A stretch of DNA of 64,000 nt from Camelus dromedarius (taxonomy: Eukaryota): positions 26,724,001 to 26,788,000 of the forward strand of contig NC_087436.1 of the NCBI RefSeq assembly GCF_036321535.1, read 5' to 3'. A program made the position numbers and the translations under genes. Each line of letters opens with the position of its first letter. Position 1 is the stretch's first letter. Shown here piece by piece: positions 24,880 through 38,599 of this stretch. The notes under the pieces were generated by a model that was not told where the DNA came from, searched no databases, and was given only the letters and a program-made list of their open reading frames with translations.

Positions 24880-27455
24880 GGTTTTACTCCCTAACCACTC
24901 AGATTAGTTTCTGTAGAAACTCACATTTCTATAGTCATATTATTCATTATTTTTCAAAAGACTATTTTATATCATTTTCTTTCTTCTCACACCTCTCCCG
25001 TCTCTCTCAATGCTGGTGATTTTGATTCTTATTTCACTGAGAAATTGGGAGAAATAAAATAGACCTACTCATCTTTCCATTAATAATCTATCAATCTATC
25101 TATAGTCAATATCCTGATTTCCCATGTGTTGTAATCAAATTACAAAAATGCTTTTAATCTAAAAACAAACAAAAACCTCCTTGATTCTCTGAGCCCCCAC
25201 ATAACTGGTTGTTACCACATTCATATTTGCTTGTTCTTTTTCAACACAGTCAAATACTAGTTCTGACTGAGTAGTTTACTACTACTAATAAATTATTATC
25301 ACTGATGTTACCAAACCTTCACTGGCCAACCCCAGTGATCAACTTTAACCAACATCGTACTTGAAGTTAGGAAGTATGTTATACAATACACCACTCCTTC
25401 TTTCATGAGAACTTTTCCATGTGGATTCCCAAACAAAACCCTCTGCTGGATTTCTTTCTTCTGTGACTCCTACTCAGTTTAACTAGTGACTCCTACTCCT
25501 ACTCCCAGAGTCTATGTGCTCACTCTTTGATCTTTTCTTCTCTCTTTGGAGTTGACGACACACTTTCCCATGGATTTGAATTCATTTGATAGATTTTCAA
25601 CTCTCAAATGTGTATCTTGAGTTCATAATTTGATATTTCCTCTTCTAAACACCTTCATTTAAATATCAATTTGACATGTAAAACTTAACATAGTCAAAAT
25701 GGATTTCCTGGCTCAAAAACCTGCTCCCCCAATATTCCCTGTATCGGTGGATGATACCAAAACCCCAGGACTTATTCTTGTTCTCTCACTCCCTGAAATC
25801 TTACATGCAGTCTATCAACTGCCAGGTTGCTCAGCCACCTATAACCTGGCTGCTTACTGTCTGTAAGCTTAACCATAAGCTTTTAAATATGACTTTTAAT
25901 TACTTACACTGCTGCTAGTCTAAACCATCATCATCTTTTCCAAATCACTTAAAAGCCTATTAACAAAGTGATCTCTATGATTTCACCAGATTTATTACCT
26001 ATACTCTACACAGAATCCAAAGCAGTCTTCTAGAAACATAAACCAAATCTTATCTCCATCCTGCTCAAAACTCTCCAGTAGCTTCCAATCACAGCTTAAA
26101 ACCCAAATTCTCTAGTTTATAAGGCTCTACTTAATATGACCCCAGCCTAGGTTTCTGGCCCTGTTGCCTCCCTTTTGTTTCCCTAGTATTCTGATTCATT
26201 CTGGCCTTGCTACCCTTGAAACTGCTAAGTCAAGCTTCTCTGCTTGCGAGGCCATTGCCTTCCCTGGCTTGGTCAGCTTCTCTCTTGAAGTGTATTTCTT
26301 TCCCCTAAGGTCATTTCTGTCCACACGCCTTTACAATTATTTTTCCATAAGTAATATCTTTCCTTATTTCTCTCCAAATAAAGGATAAACTTCCTACTAA
26401 TGTTAGTAGACATGAGTAGACTCAGTCAGACATGAGTGGTGAGGACAGCATCCAGGGAGGACCCAAAAGAGACTCAGTCCCACCTCTTGCGTCTTAACAC
26501 CTAACTAATAACCTACCACAGAGAATAGCCTAAAAACCACAGCGGGCAAGTCCCCCGGCAGAGCATGAGCGAAGCCTAGGCCCCCTTGTCCTCAGATGAC
26601 CCTACCACGCAGAAACACGCATCATCCGTGACATAGTCTGCCCATACATTAATTTCATTATAACAAAGCAAATTCTGGGACACACATGCACAGTTCCGGC
26701 ACCTGTTACATAATTCTCAACTGTCAATCAAGAGGTGACACAGTCTTCATGCAAATCCAAGACAAAAAGTTAAGCTTCTCTGCTTGCAGGGCCATTGCCT
26801 TCCTTGGCTTGGTCAGCTTCTCTCTTGAAGTGTATTTCGTTCCTAAATAAACTCTGCTTATGCTTTGCTACTGTTGTGGCTCCTCAATTCTTTGTTGCGC
26901 CAACAACAAAAACCGAGCCCAGGGGCGGCCCTGCCGTGGTCTGCGGTAACACTAGGACATACAAGGCCCACGGTGATCTGACCCCTATTTCCTCTCAGAT
27001 CGTATTTCTTTCTTCCGTTTATCTAGCTCACTGTCCTCCAGCCATAGTCACCTCCTTTTTGTTGTTGTTGTGACATGGCAGGTACGTTCCCACTCTGAGG
27101 TTTTGCTTATTCCTCTTCCCTCTGACACTCCTGACTGATCACTCCCACTGCTCCTCCAAACCTTTTCTTAAATGTCACCTTCTCAATGAGATGCTTTGTA
27201 TCTAACTCTTTTCAAGTTGCAGTCTCTCCCTAGAACTCACCACACTCATAAATCTGGTTTTCCCAGCACGATCAGTTTAGCACCTCATCTATTAATGTAT
27301 TATGTTTATCGCTCTCTGTCTGACATTCTACACCAGAATGTGAGCTTCACAAGGGCAAGGATGATTTTGTCTGTTTTGTTCAATGGTGTATCACCAAGGG
27401 CTGGAACACAGCTTGACAACATTGAATGGACTACTGATTAAATAATGAACAAATG
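24880..27455 (+). mobile_element. L2 fragments, interrupted by a solo LTR
   Basis: L2 motifs: 'cttatttcactgagaaa', 'aaacttaacatagtcaaaatgg', 'ctgctcaaaactctccagtagcttcc', 'aatgtcaccttctcaatgag', 'cagaatgtgagcttcacaagggcagg'. Confidence 0.75.
26401..26951 (+). mobile_element. Relatively young solo LTR (probably ERV1, lineage-specific)
   Basis: TGTTA...TAACA inverted termini, AATAAA at 26846-26851, retained CpGs, and a near-perfect 4-bp TSD (ctaa/ctag). It splits an L2. Confidence 0.85.
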
Positions 27456-28149
27456 TAATTGGGAAAAATTATTTTTAGCTCAGTCTATTTTACATGTCCC
27501 ATTGAACATCTTATTAAGTAGAATATTGTTGGAACATTAATAAGCTGTGTTTCTCAAACAGGAAAAAAATGTAAGCTTCTCTGTGTATTTGAATTTCTTA
27601 TAGAGAAATATGCCAGTAGTTATATTCCAAAATAAGGTTTTGTTTGTAGTTAAATAAAACCATGGTCAATAACACGTTTTCCCCTCATATAAACCAATCC
27701 AAAACAGAAAAAAAAATCAAGATAATTAAACTGTTAGTTTTTGATAGTTTTATGACTTTCTTTTTAGCAAGAGAAACTGAGATAGAAAAGAAAGTTCGAG
27801 AGATAGATCCTTATTCTGTTATATATTTTTTGTAAAGGTATATATAGTTTTTGTAAAATTTATAGAGGTAAATTTTTTCCTAACTTGACAATGTGTGATA
27901 AATGTATTTGCCTCTTTGTTTCTCAGAGCTGCCAGTCAAGAATTCATGAATGGTACCTAAACTTAACTATTATTCACAAAATGTTCTCCTCCATGTTAAT
28001 TAAGATAACTTGCAATTGCATCAGAAATCTTTCCTATAATGGTAGCTACAAAATAGTCATGAATATACATTTAATAGAGGGAATGGGGTACTATTATGAT
28101 GGACTTCTTCCCTCCCTGACAACTCGTGAAATCTGATCCTTTTACTCTG

Positions 28150-30440
28150 TCAATAGAGGAAAGACAAATATATACTTTATTTTCTATTCACTGCCTCTAT
28201 TCTTCTTTGTTCTTTTTGATTTTAACTGAGCATTCCATATGGTTTCACTTTTCCTCTTCTCTTATCTATTCTACTTCATTTTAAAAAAAATTCATGATTT
28301 CCCTAAGATTTGCAATATACTTTTTTGACTAATCCAAGTTCACTTTCAAATAACATGATGCCACTTTGCAAGTAGCACAAGTGCCTTATAACAGAGTATT
28401 TCAAATTCATCCCTTCCTCCCCTTACAACTTTGCTGTTATTCATTCCACTTATCCATAACCTATAAGCAATAGTCACCAAATTTATTGTTGCTATTATCA
28501 TTTTTGAACAATGCTATCTCTTAACTTAATTTCCAGAAAAACATTTTATTTTACCTTTATTTCTTCTTGTCTAAAGCTCTTCCTTCTTGATGTAGACCTG
28601 AATTTCAGAACTTTATCATTTTCCTTCTCTCTGTAGAACTTTTAAGATTTCTTGCAAGGTCTCTTGGTAACAATTCTCTCAATTTTTTCCTATCTGAAGT
28701 AGTCTTTACTTCTTCAGTTTTGGAGGATAATGTTGCTGGAAACAGAATTCTAGGTTGGCAGGGTTTTTTTTTTTAAATTCTTTAGATATTTCATTTGCTC
28801 TTGTGCTCACTTCTTGCTTGCATGTTTTCTGAAGAAAAGTCTGATGTAATTCTCCTTGTTCCTCTATTGGAAAGGTATTTTATTTTTTCAGTATTTTCTC
28901 TGTCTTTTATTTTTTGCCAAGCTATGTTTAAATACAATACGCCTAGCTGTAGTGTTCTGGTAGCTATGCTGCTTGGTGCTCTCTAATTCTATGGGTTGGT
29001 GTCTATTTTGTTTCTGTCTCTCTCTCTTCTCTTTCTGGTATCTCATCTCCCATATTGTACTGTTTTTTAAAATAATTTTCCCACAGTTCTTGGATATTAA
29101 ATTATGTTTTTTCAGTACTTTTTCTCTTTGCATTTTTGTTTTGGAAGTTTCTACTAACATATCTTAAAGCTCACTGATTCATTTTTTCCCCACCATGTTC
29201 CATGTACTGATGAACCCAACAAAGACATTCTTCATTTCTATTACAGAGGTTTTGATTTCTAGTATTTTCTTTTCACATTCCCATCCCTCGGCTTAGTTTA
29301 CCCATCAATTTTTGCATACTATCCACTTAATCCATTAGAGCCCTTAGAATATTCATCAATAGTTATTTTAATTTCTTGGTCTGATAATTCCAAAATTTCT
29401 GTCATATCCGAGTCTGGTTCTGATGTTTGGTTTATCTCCTCAGATTTTGATTACTGCCTTTTAGAATGCCTTATAATTTTTTGTTGAAAGCCAGACATGT
29501 ATCAGGTTAAAAATAATGAACTAGATAGGCCTTTAAGGTGAGGTTATATCTGGCTAGGAATAAGACTGTGGTTACTGTGGTTACTGTTTGCTATAGCTAT
29601 GAGGTCAAACACTAAAATTTCTTCAGTGTCCTTGTCGACCCCCTGCCCCACCATTGTCCTTAAGTACTCTTTTTATTTAAGGACTTATATTTAAGGATTT
29701 GAGGCTTGAAGTTCCTTTAGGTGTCATTCTTTTTATTATACCTTTACAGCCTTTATATACCTTAATAGCCTTACAACGTGGTGGTGAGGTATAGGGGAGG
29801 GATGGGAAGCATTCTCTAGAATCCTGTGAATAGGACTCAGTCTCTTAGTGAGCCTGCATTGGGTATTCCCTATGTCAATTATTGTTAAAATCCCAGCTGA
29901 TTAGGCTCTGGTAAAATAGTTCCTCTTGAGGGAAAGTCTTATGAAAAAGAACAGAGAGATCTGGGTATTTTAAAATAGTTCCTTTTCCCCTCCCTCTGCT
30001 GGAAGTATGAAGGCATTTTTCTCCAGTCTTCACAATAAAAACCAGGTAGGGATCCTGCAGGGAAAACTAATGAAAGTGTGCAAGCTCCCCTAAGAATGGG
30101 CTTCCTTGGAGTTTTTCTCTCTAAAATTAGTTCACTCTGAACTTCCAACAATTAGTCAATTAAAAAGTGTGCCTTTAACATTGATTTTCTTTTGTACTTT
30201 GTTTGATACCAGTTTTAACTGTGGGCTTCCACTTCTGGTCTTCTGCTCCAGTTAAGCTTTAATTTCCTGTAAAAACAGTTTGTCTCCAGCTTTTAGGGCA
30301 ATAAGTTTGCCCTGTGACCACAATTCTCTGATGGATCTAGGAAGAGTTACTTATTTTCAGTTTTTTCAGCTTTTTTCTCGCTGTGAGGACTGGAGTGATG
30401 TCTTCCATGCTCTCTACATGTCTGACTGGAAACTGGGAAT
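28150..30440 (-). mobile_element. Old L1M 5' UTR / ORF1 / inter-ORF region
   Basis: T-rich plus strand with antisense L1 motifs 'ggataatgttgctggaaacagaattctaggttggcag', 'tctgaagaaaagtctgatgtaattct' and 'ctgataattccaaaatttctgtcatatccgagtctgg'. Confidence 0.8.
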
Positions 30441-31634
30441 CTATAACACTACTTTGATAGTTCCTTTGAGCACAAACTGTTCATTAATTTATGGAGATGG
30501 AGGTAACACAATACATTTGAGAAAGAAGAAAGTAGTCTAAGAAGATTAAAGCTGTGGTCTTAAGATGGTGTGTCAACTCAGGAAAGTAAGTACATACTCC
30601 GGACCTTCATTAAAACACAAGAAAGTCATACCATGTAGATTTTATATTATTCCAGAGGCCATGGGGAGCCACTGAAGAGTCTCTAGAAGTGCAGTGACAA
30701 AATTCAAGTGCCCTTGTTTAAAATCACTTTGCAAACGATGTAGAGCACTAGTTTCTAAATGTTTTTGGAAGATTATAATCATGATAACTGAAAAAGAATC
30801 ACCTGAGGAGTTGAGTGAAAAAAAAAAAGTTATGTGGGCCCAGATCTGTTGAACTTTGTGTTATATTTGTGCTTACATATCTATAATTTAAATGAGACCT
30901 TCTGATGAGTATATATTTTTTTCTGCACCATCTTTATTGGAAACATTATTTACATGTTTTTTTCCACATCCTCCCTAATAGATGGTATTTTTGTAGGGGG
31001 GATTGAAAATGTTATCTCTCTTTCTTCAGCATATAGATTTTGTATTTTTTCAACATATAAAATTAATTCTAAGAATATTTATAAGTTAACATGAATGATG
31101 ACAGTAGCCTTTCCTCTGTTGTCTAGTTAAAAAATCTAAGAGGTTGATATTTTGGAGCTCAGTGAATATGGGAGTTGTCCTGAAGTGGAATAAGAAAGGA
31201 TATTTACCCAGAAAGGCCAGCATAATGGAAAAGAGGTTTTACAATTTTCTGGCCAAAGAAGGTAAGTAGAATAGAAAATGTAAGAATCTCAAACTAATTT
31301 CATTCCCTCCCATTCATATATCTCCATCCCTGGGGTGGTGGGGAGATCCTCGTTTCTCCATCCAGGTAGCATATGTTCAGGGTTTCCTTATCTGGTGTCT
31401 CCTATTTCCATACATAAATAAACAAGTACTTATATTATCCAGTGCATTTCATCTAATCTGCACTTAAAAAAAAAAAAAACCTCAATAATGTTTAGAATTT
31501 AACATTAGTATTCTGATAGACTTATTGAAAGGTATTTTACTTCAAGGTCACTTAGTACAAAGTTGGTTAGAGATGTTAGTGATTCCTTCAAACTTCAGGA
31601 TTTTTCATGCTCTTACTCCTGCAATTTATACCAT

Positions 31635-31983
31635 TCCTATGGTCTGAATGTTTGTGTCCCACCAAAATTCTTATGTTGAAATCATAAACTTCCAAGGTAA
31701 CATTGGAATGTGGGGCTTTTGGGAGATGCTTAAGTCATAAGGGTGGAACACTGATGAATGCCATTAGTGCCTTATAAAAGAGGCTGCAGAGATCCCTAAC
31801 CCTTTCTGCCATGTGAAGAGACTGTGAGAAATCTGGGACCCAGAAATCTGTGATCTTCACTCAGTCATGCTGGTATCTTGATCTCCAACTTCTAGCTTCC
31901 AGAACTGTGAGCAATACATTTCTATAGCTTGCAAGTCATCCAGTTGCAGTATTTTGCTATAGCAGCCCAAATGTAATAAGACA
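31635..31983 (+). mobile_element. MLT1A-type MaLR solo LTR
   Basis: 'ctatggtctgaatgtttgtgtcccaccaaaattcttatgttgaaatc' through 'tgctatagcagcccaaatgtaataagaca'. Confidence 0.9.
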
Positions 31984-33892
31984 TATCACACTTTGTGGGC
32001 CCTAGCCACTGCTGAAATGCTCGTAATGTCACTGGGGTATTATAGATGAAAAAACCTCAACATATATTAACAGTTTGATTCAACAGTAAGAGGAAATAAT
32101 TTCCCCAAGGGCATACGCTAATGATGGGTTGTTCTTTCTGAGCTAGTTAAGTTCCCTGACTCTGAGGCTGACAACACTACTAAACATGTTAATTAATTAT
32201 AAAATACTCAAAATCATTACTTTTGAAGATTGCAATGACATTCTAAGTAAAAAATAATGCACTCAGAGAGTATTAGAATGTTTTGACTCTTGATACAAAT
32301 AGCTTTTTTTTTTGAATGTTGAATTACAAATGAAAAATCAAACCAATTTAAGAGGCCAAAATGGGAGTTGGATTTGAGTAAAAAAATAAGTAAAATATTT
32401 ATATATTTTAATTCATTGTAAATCAATCTGTACATTTTTATCCATTGTAAATCAATCTGAGATTAGGATTCAGAGAATGTGGATCACAGTTATGTTCTAA
32501 GGCTGAATGGAATCATAATATTTATTAGTAATGAAATACTTATAATGTATAATTTTAGATTTGTCTCTAAGTTAATTGACGAATCAAAATACAATTATAA
32601 TTTTTAAATGTAAATACATGTTTTGGCCTACCTCCAAACTCTCCATTATTTTATATCAGTTTGAATTGTTCAATAACAAGAGTATCAATAATAATAATAT
32701 TTTGGACTAATGATGAGACTATTGTGATTTCTGTGATTTTTCCATAAAAGAGTCAAAATAAGCTATGCTATTCTTAGTATAAATATTCACTTCCTCAATA
32801 ACAAGTTTAAAAAAAATTTCTGACGTAAATACCATATAGTTACTTTTTATTCAATCATTATTTTGAACAAATTGCACTGAGACTAAAAAAACTCATATTT
32901 ATACCAACCATCAATCAAGATTTTAAACCAAGAGCAAGTAAAGTGTTTTTAATAAAATCTTAGAATAAGATTTTTTTAAATATGTTGCATTTACTTCTCT
33001 TATCTCCTGAAAGTATAAGCAAACAGACTGGAATATAGCAAAGAAATTGGAAAAACTCCAAGAATATTCAAAGTAAACATTTTTTTCAGAGCAGGGTTGT
33101 AATTAGCTAACACAGTAAAGAATTCCATCTAAAAGCATCTTGCAAAACTTAAGAGATTTTTCTCTTAAAGCATACTCATGCCTGCAGGTAGAGCTCTTCC
33201 TTTAGGTATTCATCTGCCTGTCTTCCATAAAAATGAAAGAAAATTAAGGCATATTTTTTTTCTAGCAGCATTTATTAACCTTCTGTCGTCTGAAAGAAAG
33301 AAGTCTTAAAGCATATGTACCTGCAGATGGGAATGCATTGGCAAGATTTTTCTGCTGAAGGCCAGTATCAGGAAAATAGACTAGACTATGTTTAAGTTGG
33401 AATAATCGGGGGGGTGGGGGGAGACGATACTAAGTGCAAATTAATAATATTGGCACTTAGAACAAAAAGCTAGAGAAGTCGTTTTTGCTTGCTTCTTTAT
33501 TCTGGTTTGTTTTGCTGTTTTTGTTTTTGCCTTTACATTTTTAAGTGCTGAATGTCTGCTGATTACCGATTTTTCCCTCAAAATAACACTAATTTGTAAG
33601 GTGAATGAATTCTCTAAAGCAGAACTCTTCCTACGGTACTAGCAGGTGTTTACAAGGGAAGTGAAGATAAAAGCACTAAACAGCTACTGTTGTGCTAAGG
33701 TGTTGATTGAGGTGGCAACACGTCTATTCCCTGGTTTTGGAATAGATAACTGGACAAAAAGGAGAGGATGTGATCTCCATGATATATTTTCATAAGACAG
33801 AGACATTATTTTCATACTACCCCAAACATATTATATCTAAATCTTATCTCCATTTTATCTTTTATATATTACTTTTTTTTTCCTGTTCTAAG

Positions 33893-34367
33893 ATTTTTTT
33901 TTTAATTGAAGTATAGTCGGTTTACAATGTTGTGTTAATTTCTGGTGTACAGCATAGTGATTCAGTTATACATATACATATATATGTTTCTTTTCATATT
34001 CTTTTTCATTATCGCCTTTCATTATAAGATACTGAATATAGTCCCCTGTGCTATACAGTAGGACCTTGTTTATCTATTTTATATATAGTAGTTAGTATCT
34101 GTAAATCCCAAACTCCCAGTTTATTCCTCCCCCTGCCTGTTTTCCCCCTGGTAACCATAAGTTTATCTTCTATGTCTGCGAGTCTGTTTCTGTTTTGTAA
34201 ATAAGTTCACTTACGACATCATTTTTAGATTCTGCATATGAGTGATATCATATGGTATTTTTCTTTCTCTTTCTGGCTTACTTCACTTACAATGACCATC
34301 TCCAGGTCCATCCATGTTGGTGCATATGGCATTATTTTATTCTTTTTTTTAATGGCTGAGTAGTATT
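33893..34367 (-). mobile_element. Young L1 3' end (cetartiodactyl-type 3' UTR)
   Basis: Poly-T followed by 'aattgaagtatagtcggtttacaatgttgtg...ctatacagtagg...tccatccatgttg...atggctgagtagtatt'. Confidence 0.9.
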
Positions 34368-34958
34368 AACTGATTTCTTTAACCTTATATTTCTCCAAAT
34401 GACTTCTAGAATGATGACCAAAAAAATTTCAGGATACCCCAAAGTATTTATATGCATTTCTGTGCTTATATCTTTTGTCTATCATGATATATATATGTCT
34501 ATATATCTATAAATCCATGGTGAAATCCTCATTCCCACATCATGCTCTTGTATTCCACATGCTTATATCTCACACATATAATCTACATGTATATCTACAG
34601 CCATAAAAATCCTACAGATACTATGTTTGTATATGTATTTCCTTAGATTTTTCAAGGAAATAAACTCTCATTGTCTTGGTCAGTTCTTAGAAGAAAAAAC
34701 CTATGAAGAGAGTTTTACTGTACTCAGTTCAGAGAAATGGAAGCTGTATTTTAAAGAAAATGAAAATTACAGAATAATATTCATGTTAAATAGCAGAACT
34801 CTGATTGCCAAATCACTTAGCAACATTTTATTGGGGAGGAATCACCACTGTTCACTCCTATTCATAGAAGCTTTGGACACTAGAGCTTGCTTTTCAAAAA
34901 TCATGTAAGTTACTTAGGAGACAAAGTGCTCTATGATTTTACTGTTGAAACATTAGTA

Positions 34959-35004
34959 TATCAGTATAAAGTGTTAGGATATCAGTATAAAATGTTAGGA
35001 TATA
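34959..35004. repeat. Tandem duplication, ~21-bp period
   Basis: tatcagtataaagtgttagga / tatcagtataaaatgttagga. Confidence 0.9.
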
Positions 35005-35580
35005 GTTAACTGGTGATGGAGCTTGGCCCAGCAGGGAAGGGGAGCATTGGGAGGCATGAATGGGCAGACAGGCAAATTGGATTGAAGGGTTCTAGGAGAT
35101 ACTCTACTTTTCTGCTTTGGCTTAAGGTCACCCCCCCCCCTTTTTTCATTTCTTTTCTTTCCTTTTCCCTATAAGTCTTTCGGGTATCCATGTTGCAGTC
35201 GGCTGGACTGAATTTTGGCTGGGACAACATCTGATTCTTATTTTTCTAGAACTAGTAAGCTTCCAAATATATGTACTTCTATGGAGAAGTCTGAAGTGCA
35301 AGAGAGAAAACTACTACACAAACATCCTTCAAGCAATTGAAGTGCCTAGTGTCACATCACCTGACGACTCATTGGCTAAATGAAGCTGCACGTGTGTGTG
35401 TGTTTTGTGTTGTGTGTCTCTATCTCAGTTTCTGTCTTTCTCTCTCTCATGTGTAAAAATGACAGAGAGAAAATGTAAAAATTCATGTCAAAATTAATTT
35501 TACAATTATAGACATCTGGGTTGTTCAGAGAATTTTACTACTATACGCAGTGTTTCTGTGCATTTCTTGTACATGTCTCC

Positions 35581-35758
35581 TAGGGCTAACTGTCTAATTT
35601 AGGGGGCCCATTGCAAAATGAAAATGCAGGGCCTCTTGTCCAAAACTATTAAGAGTTACAAGACGTTGATAGAAAGGCATTAAAATAACATGTGGAGCCC
35701 CTCTAAGCACAGGGAACAATGTGACTACACATGTTGTACACCCATGAAGCTGGCCCTG
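35581..35758 (-). mobile_element. MER45A-like hAT-Tip100 MITE within an old L1ME fragment
   Basis: The reverse complement begins cagggccagcttcatgggtgtacaac and contains gcattttcattttgcaatgggcccc, as in recalled MER45A. Confidence 0.85.
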
Positions 35759-36080
35759 TTCCTAGGACATATATACAAGATATTTCATTGGATTAATGTA
35801 GAAATGGACTTAGTGGATTGTAGGTTATGAACAACTCTGGCTTTGTTAGACAATGCCAAAATATTTTCCAAAGTGATTCTCCAAATATGTATGCCTAAAT
35901 GCAATATATAAGATTTCCTGTTCCTTGGCATTATGAGAGTTTGAAATCAGAAAACCATGGCCAACTAGAAGAAAGATCAACCTCCTTTTCAAATCTTTCC
36001 CATTTCTGTAAATGACATTTTCATTATTCCCATTACAATCTTCATTTCCTCATTTTGTATAGACCTTTCTTAAATAAATT

Positions 36081-36322
36081 CAGCCACTATGGAAAACAGT
36101 CTGGAGATTCCTTAAAAAAATAAAAATAGAACTACCATATAAATCAGCAATTCCACTCCTGGTTATTTAACCAAAGAAAACAAAAACACTAATGAAAAAA
36201 ATATGTTCCCCTATGTTCATTGCAACATTATCTACAATAGCCAAGATATGGAAGGCAATTTAAATTTCCATCAATAGATGGATGAATAAACACTTGATGT
36301 GTATATACATACACAGATACAG

Positions 36323-36353
<31 letters not shown>

Positions 36354-37220
36354 ATGGAATATTACCCAGCCATAAAAATAATAAAATCATGCCATTCGAG
36401 ACAACCTGGATGGACACAGAGGGTATTATGCTAAGTGAAATAAGCCAGATAGGGACAGACAAATACTGCATAGTTTCACTTATATGTAGAACCTACAAAA
36501 AAAACAAAACAAATGAACAAACATAAAATAGTAATAAACTTATAGATACAGAGAACCAACAGGTAGTCACCAGAGGAGAGGAAGGTGGGGGGAGGAAAGA
36601 AATAGGTGAGGAAGATTAAGAGGTATAAACTTCTGGTTGCAAAATAAATGAGCCATGGGTATGAAATGTGCACTGTGGCGAATATAGTCAATAACTATGT
36701 TATACCTTATTATGGTGATAGATTTTAACTAGACTTATCATGGAAGTCATTTAAAAATGTATAGAAATATGGAATCACTATGCTGTGTAACAGGGACTAA
36801 CACAGTGTTGCAGGTCAATTATACTTCAAAACCAACCAAACTCAAAAAACAGATCAGATTTGTGATTACTACAAGTGAGGAGGTATGGGGAAGGGGAGTT
36901 AGATGAAGGTAGTCAAAAGGTAAAAACTACCAATTACAAGATAAATAAGTACTAGGATGTATAATGCACAACATGATAAATATAATTAACATTGCTGTAT
37001 ATTGTACATGAAAGTTAAGAGAGTAAATCCTGAGTTCTCAACACAAGGAAATTTGTTTTCTTTTTCTTTAATATTGTATCTGTATGAAATGATGGATGTT
37101 AACTAAACTTGTCGTGATAATCATTTCATGATGTTTATAAGTCAAATCACTATGTTGTACACCTCAGACCTATACAGTGCTGTATGGCAATTATATCTCA
37201 ATAAAATTGGAAAAATAAAA
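36081..37220 (+). mobile_element. L1MA9-like 3' end with long or compound 3' UTR; includes a (CA)n/(TA)n microsatellite at ~36323-36352
   Basis: ORF2 C-terminal peptide (IMPFETTWMDTEGIMLSEISQ) followed by two stacked 3' UTR segments, ending 'caattatatctcaataaaattggaaaaataaaa'. Confidence 0.85.
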
Positions 37221-37540
37221 TGCTGGCACTATTTAAATTGCAATTCCCCCCATAATTTTTTCGTTCTATTTTATTTTGCTCCTAGCACATTTACCAACAT
37301 CGTAATGTTAGCTTTTTACCTGTTTATTGTCTATGAAAACTCTAATAAAATTTATGTACTATGATGATGTTTTAAATCTTTTGTTTGTTGCTTTATGTAT
37401 ATATAGTTCCTGGAAAGATGTCTAGTGCAGGCTAGGTGTTCAATGCTTATGGAGTGAATGAGCAAATAAATACATACTTAGTTAGTCAATTAGTTTAAAA
37501 TACTGATACTTGAGAACATATAATTATCTAGGATAGATGG

Positions 37541-38073
37541 TGTGATGGAATTCAGAATGATTCCAATACTTCACCACCTTATTTGCATTTTTTGCAGTGT
37601 AATTTTGTAGTGTCTACAATTTTAACTACAGTTTTAGGTGTGCAGTTTGCTTTGGTCAATAGGGTATTAGCAACTTTTTACACAAACAAGGCTTAAAAAT
37701 TACTTCTGTGATTGGATTCGCTTTCATTCATGCCCTCTACCTTTTCTGTGATAACATGTGTGAGTTAACTTGGTGGAAGATGAAAACATGTGGAATAAAA
37801 CTGGATTGCCCCAGTCATTTCAGGTGAAGTCATCATATGTCAATCAAGAGTCAGTTATGTGAGCTGATCTGGTTAATGTCAGCAGGCCTGCCATACTGAA
37901 CTACTGTTGATGATAGAAATACGGGAAAAGACAGATCAGATCAGATAAGCCCAGCCCAGAACTAATGAATCATAACTGACTCATGAGCTAAATAACTGTT
38001 TGTTGTTGTACATCACTAACACTTAATGCTTGTTTGATTTGCATCATTATTTTAGCAATAGATAGCTGTTATA
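37541..38073 (+). mobile_element. Old MLT1-type MaLR LTR
   Basis: Starts tgtgatgg and ends 'catgagctaaataactgtttgttg...cagcattatt..agcaatagatagctgttata'-like, typical of MLT1 ends. Confidence 0.7.
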
Positions 38074-38599
38074 GAAGGAAATAATTCCATCTGAGGCCGC
38101 TTTTAAGACCACAGGTCAGTGGCAGTCAAAATCAGGATTTTGAGTCTCAATTTCATGCCTTGTAAAATCAAACACAACAGAGTATTGCTATTTGTTGGTT
38201 CACATTAGTACAAAGGAGCACTTTCCTGAGCTGGTGTTGAAATGAAAAAGCATGAGCACTCCAAAACAAGTGAGCTTTCTTCCAACTAGAGGGATAAAGC
38301 ACTTGAAATATGGCCTGCTGCTTATATAGAATAGAAGTAAAGGCAAAAATAAAATTACAGATGAAAAGTTAATGCAGTATTTTTAATATATGTAAACTAT
38401 ACATGTTTCTTGTTTGTATACAAGGTCCCTGTTTGTACTTTCTACAAACTGATGAATAGGATAACTGATAACAGAGATCAATATTAAGGACCCCTTTATA
38501 TTTTTATCTCAGAGAAAATCCTTAAACATTATCCTTAGTGTACCTAGAATGGAAGACAATATATTAATCTGATAAAGTTTACACAAATAAAACCTACCA

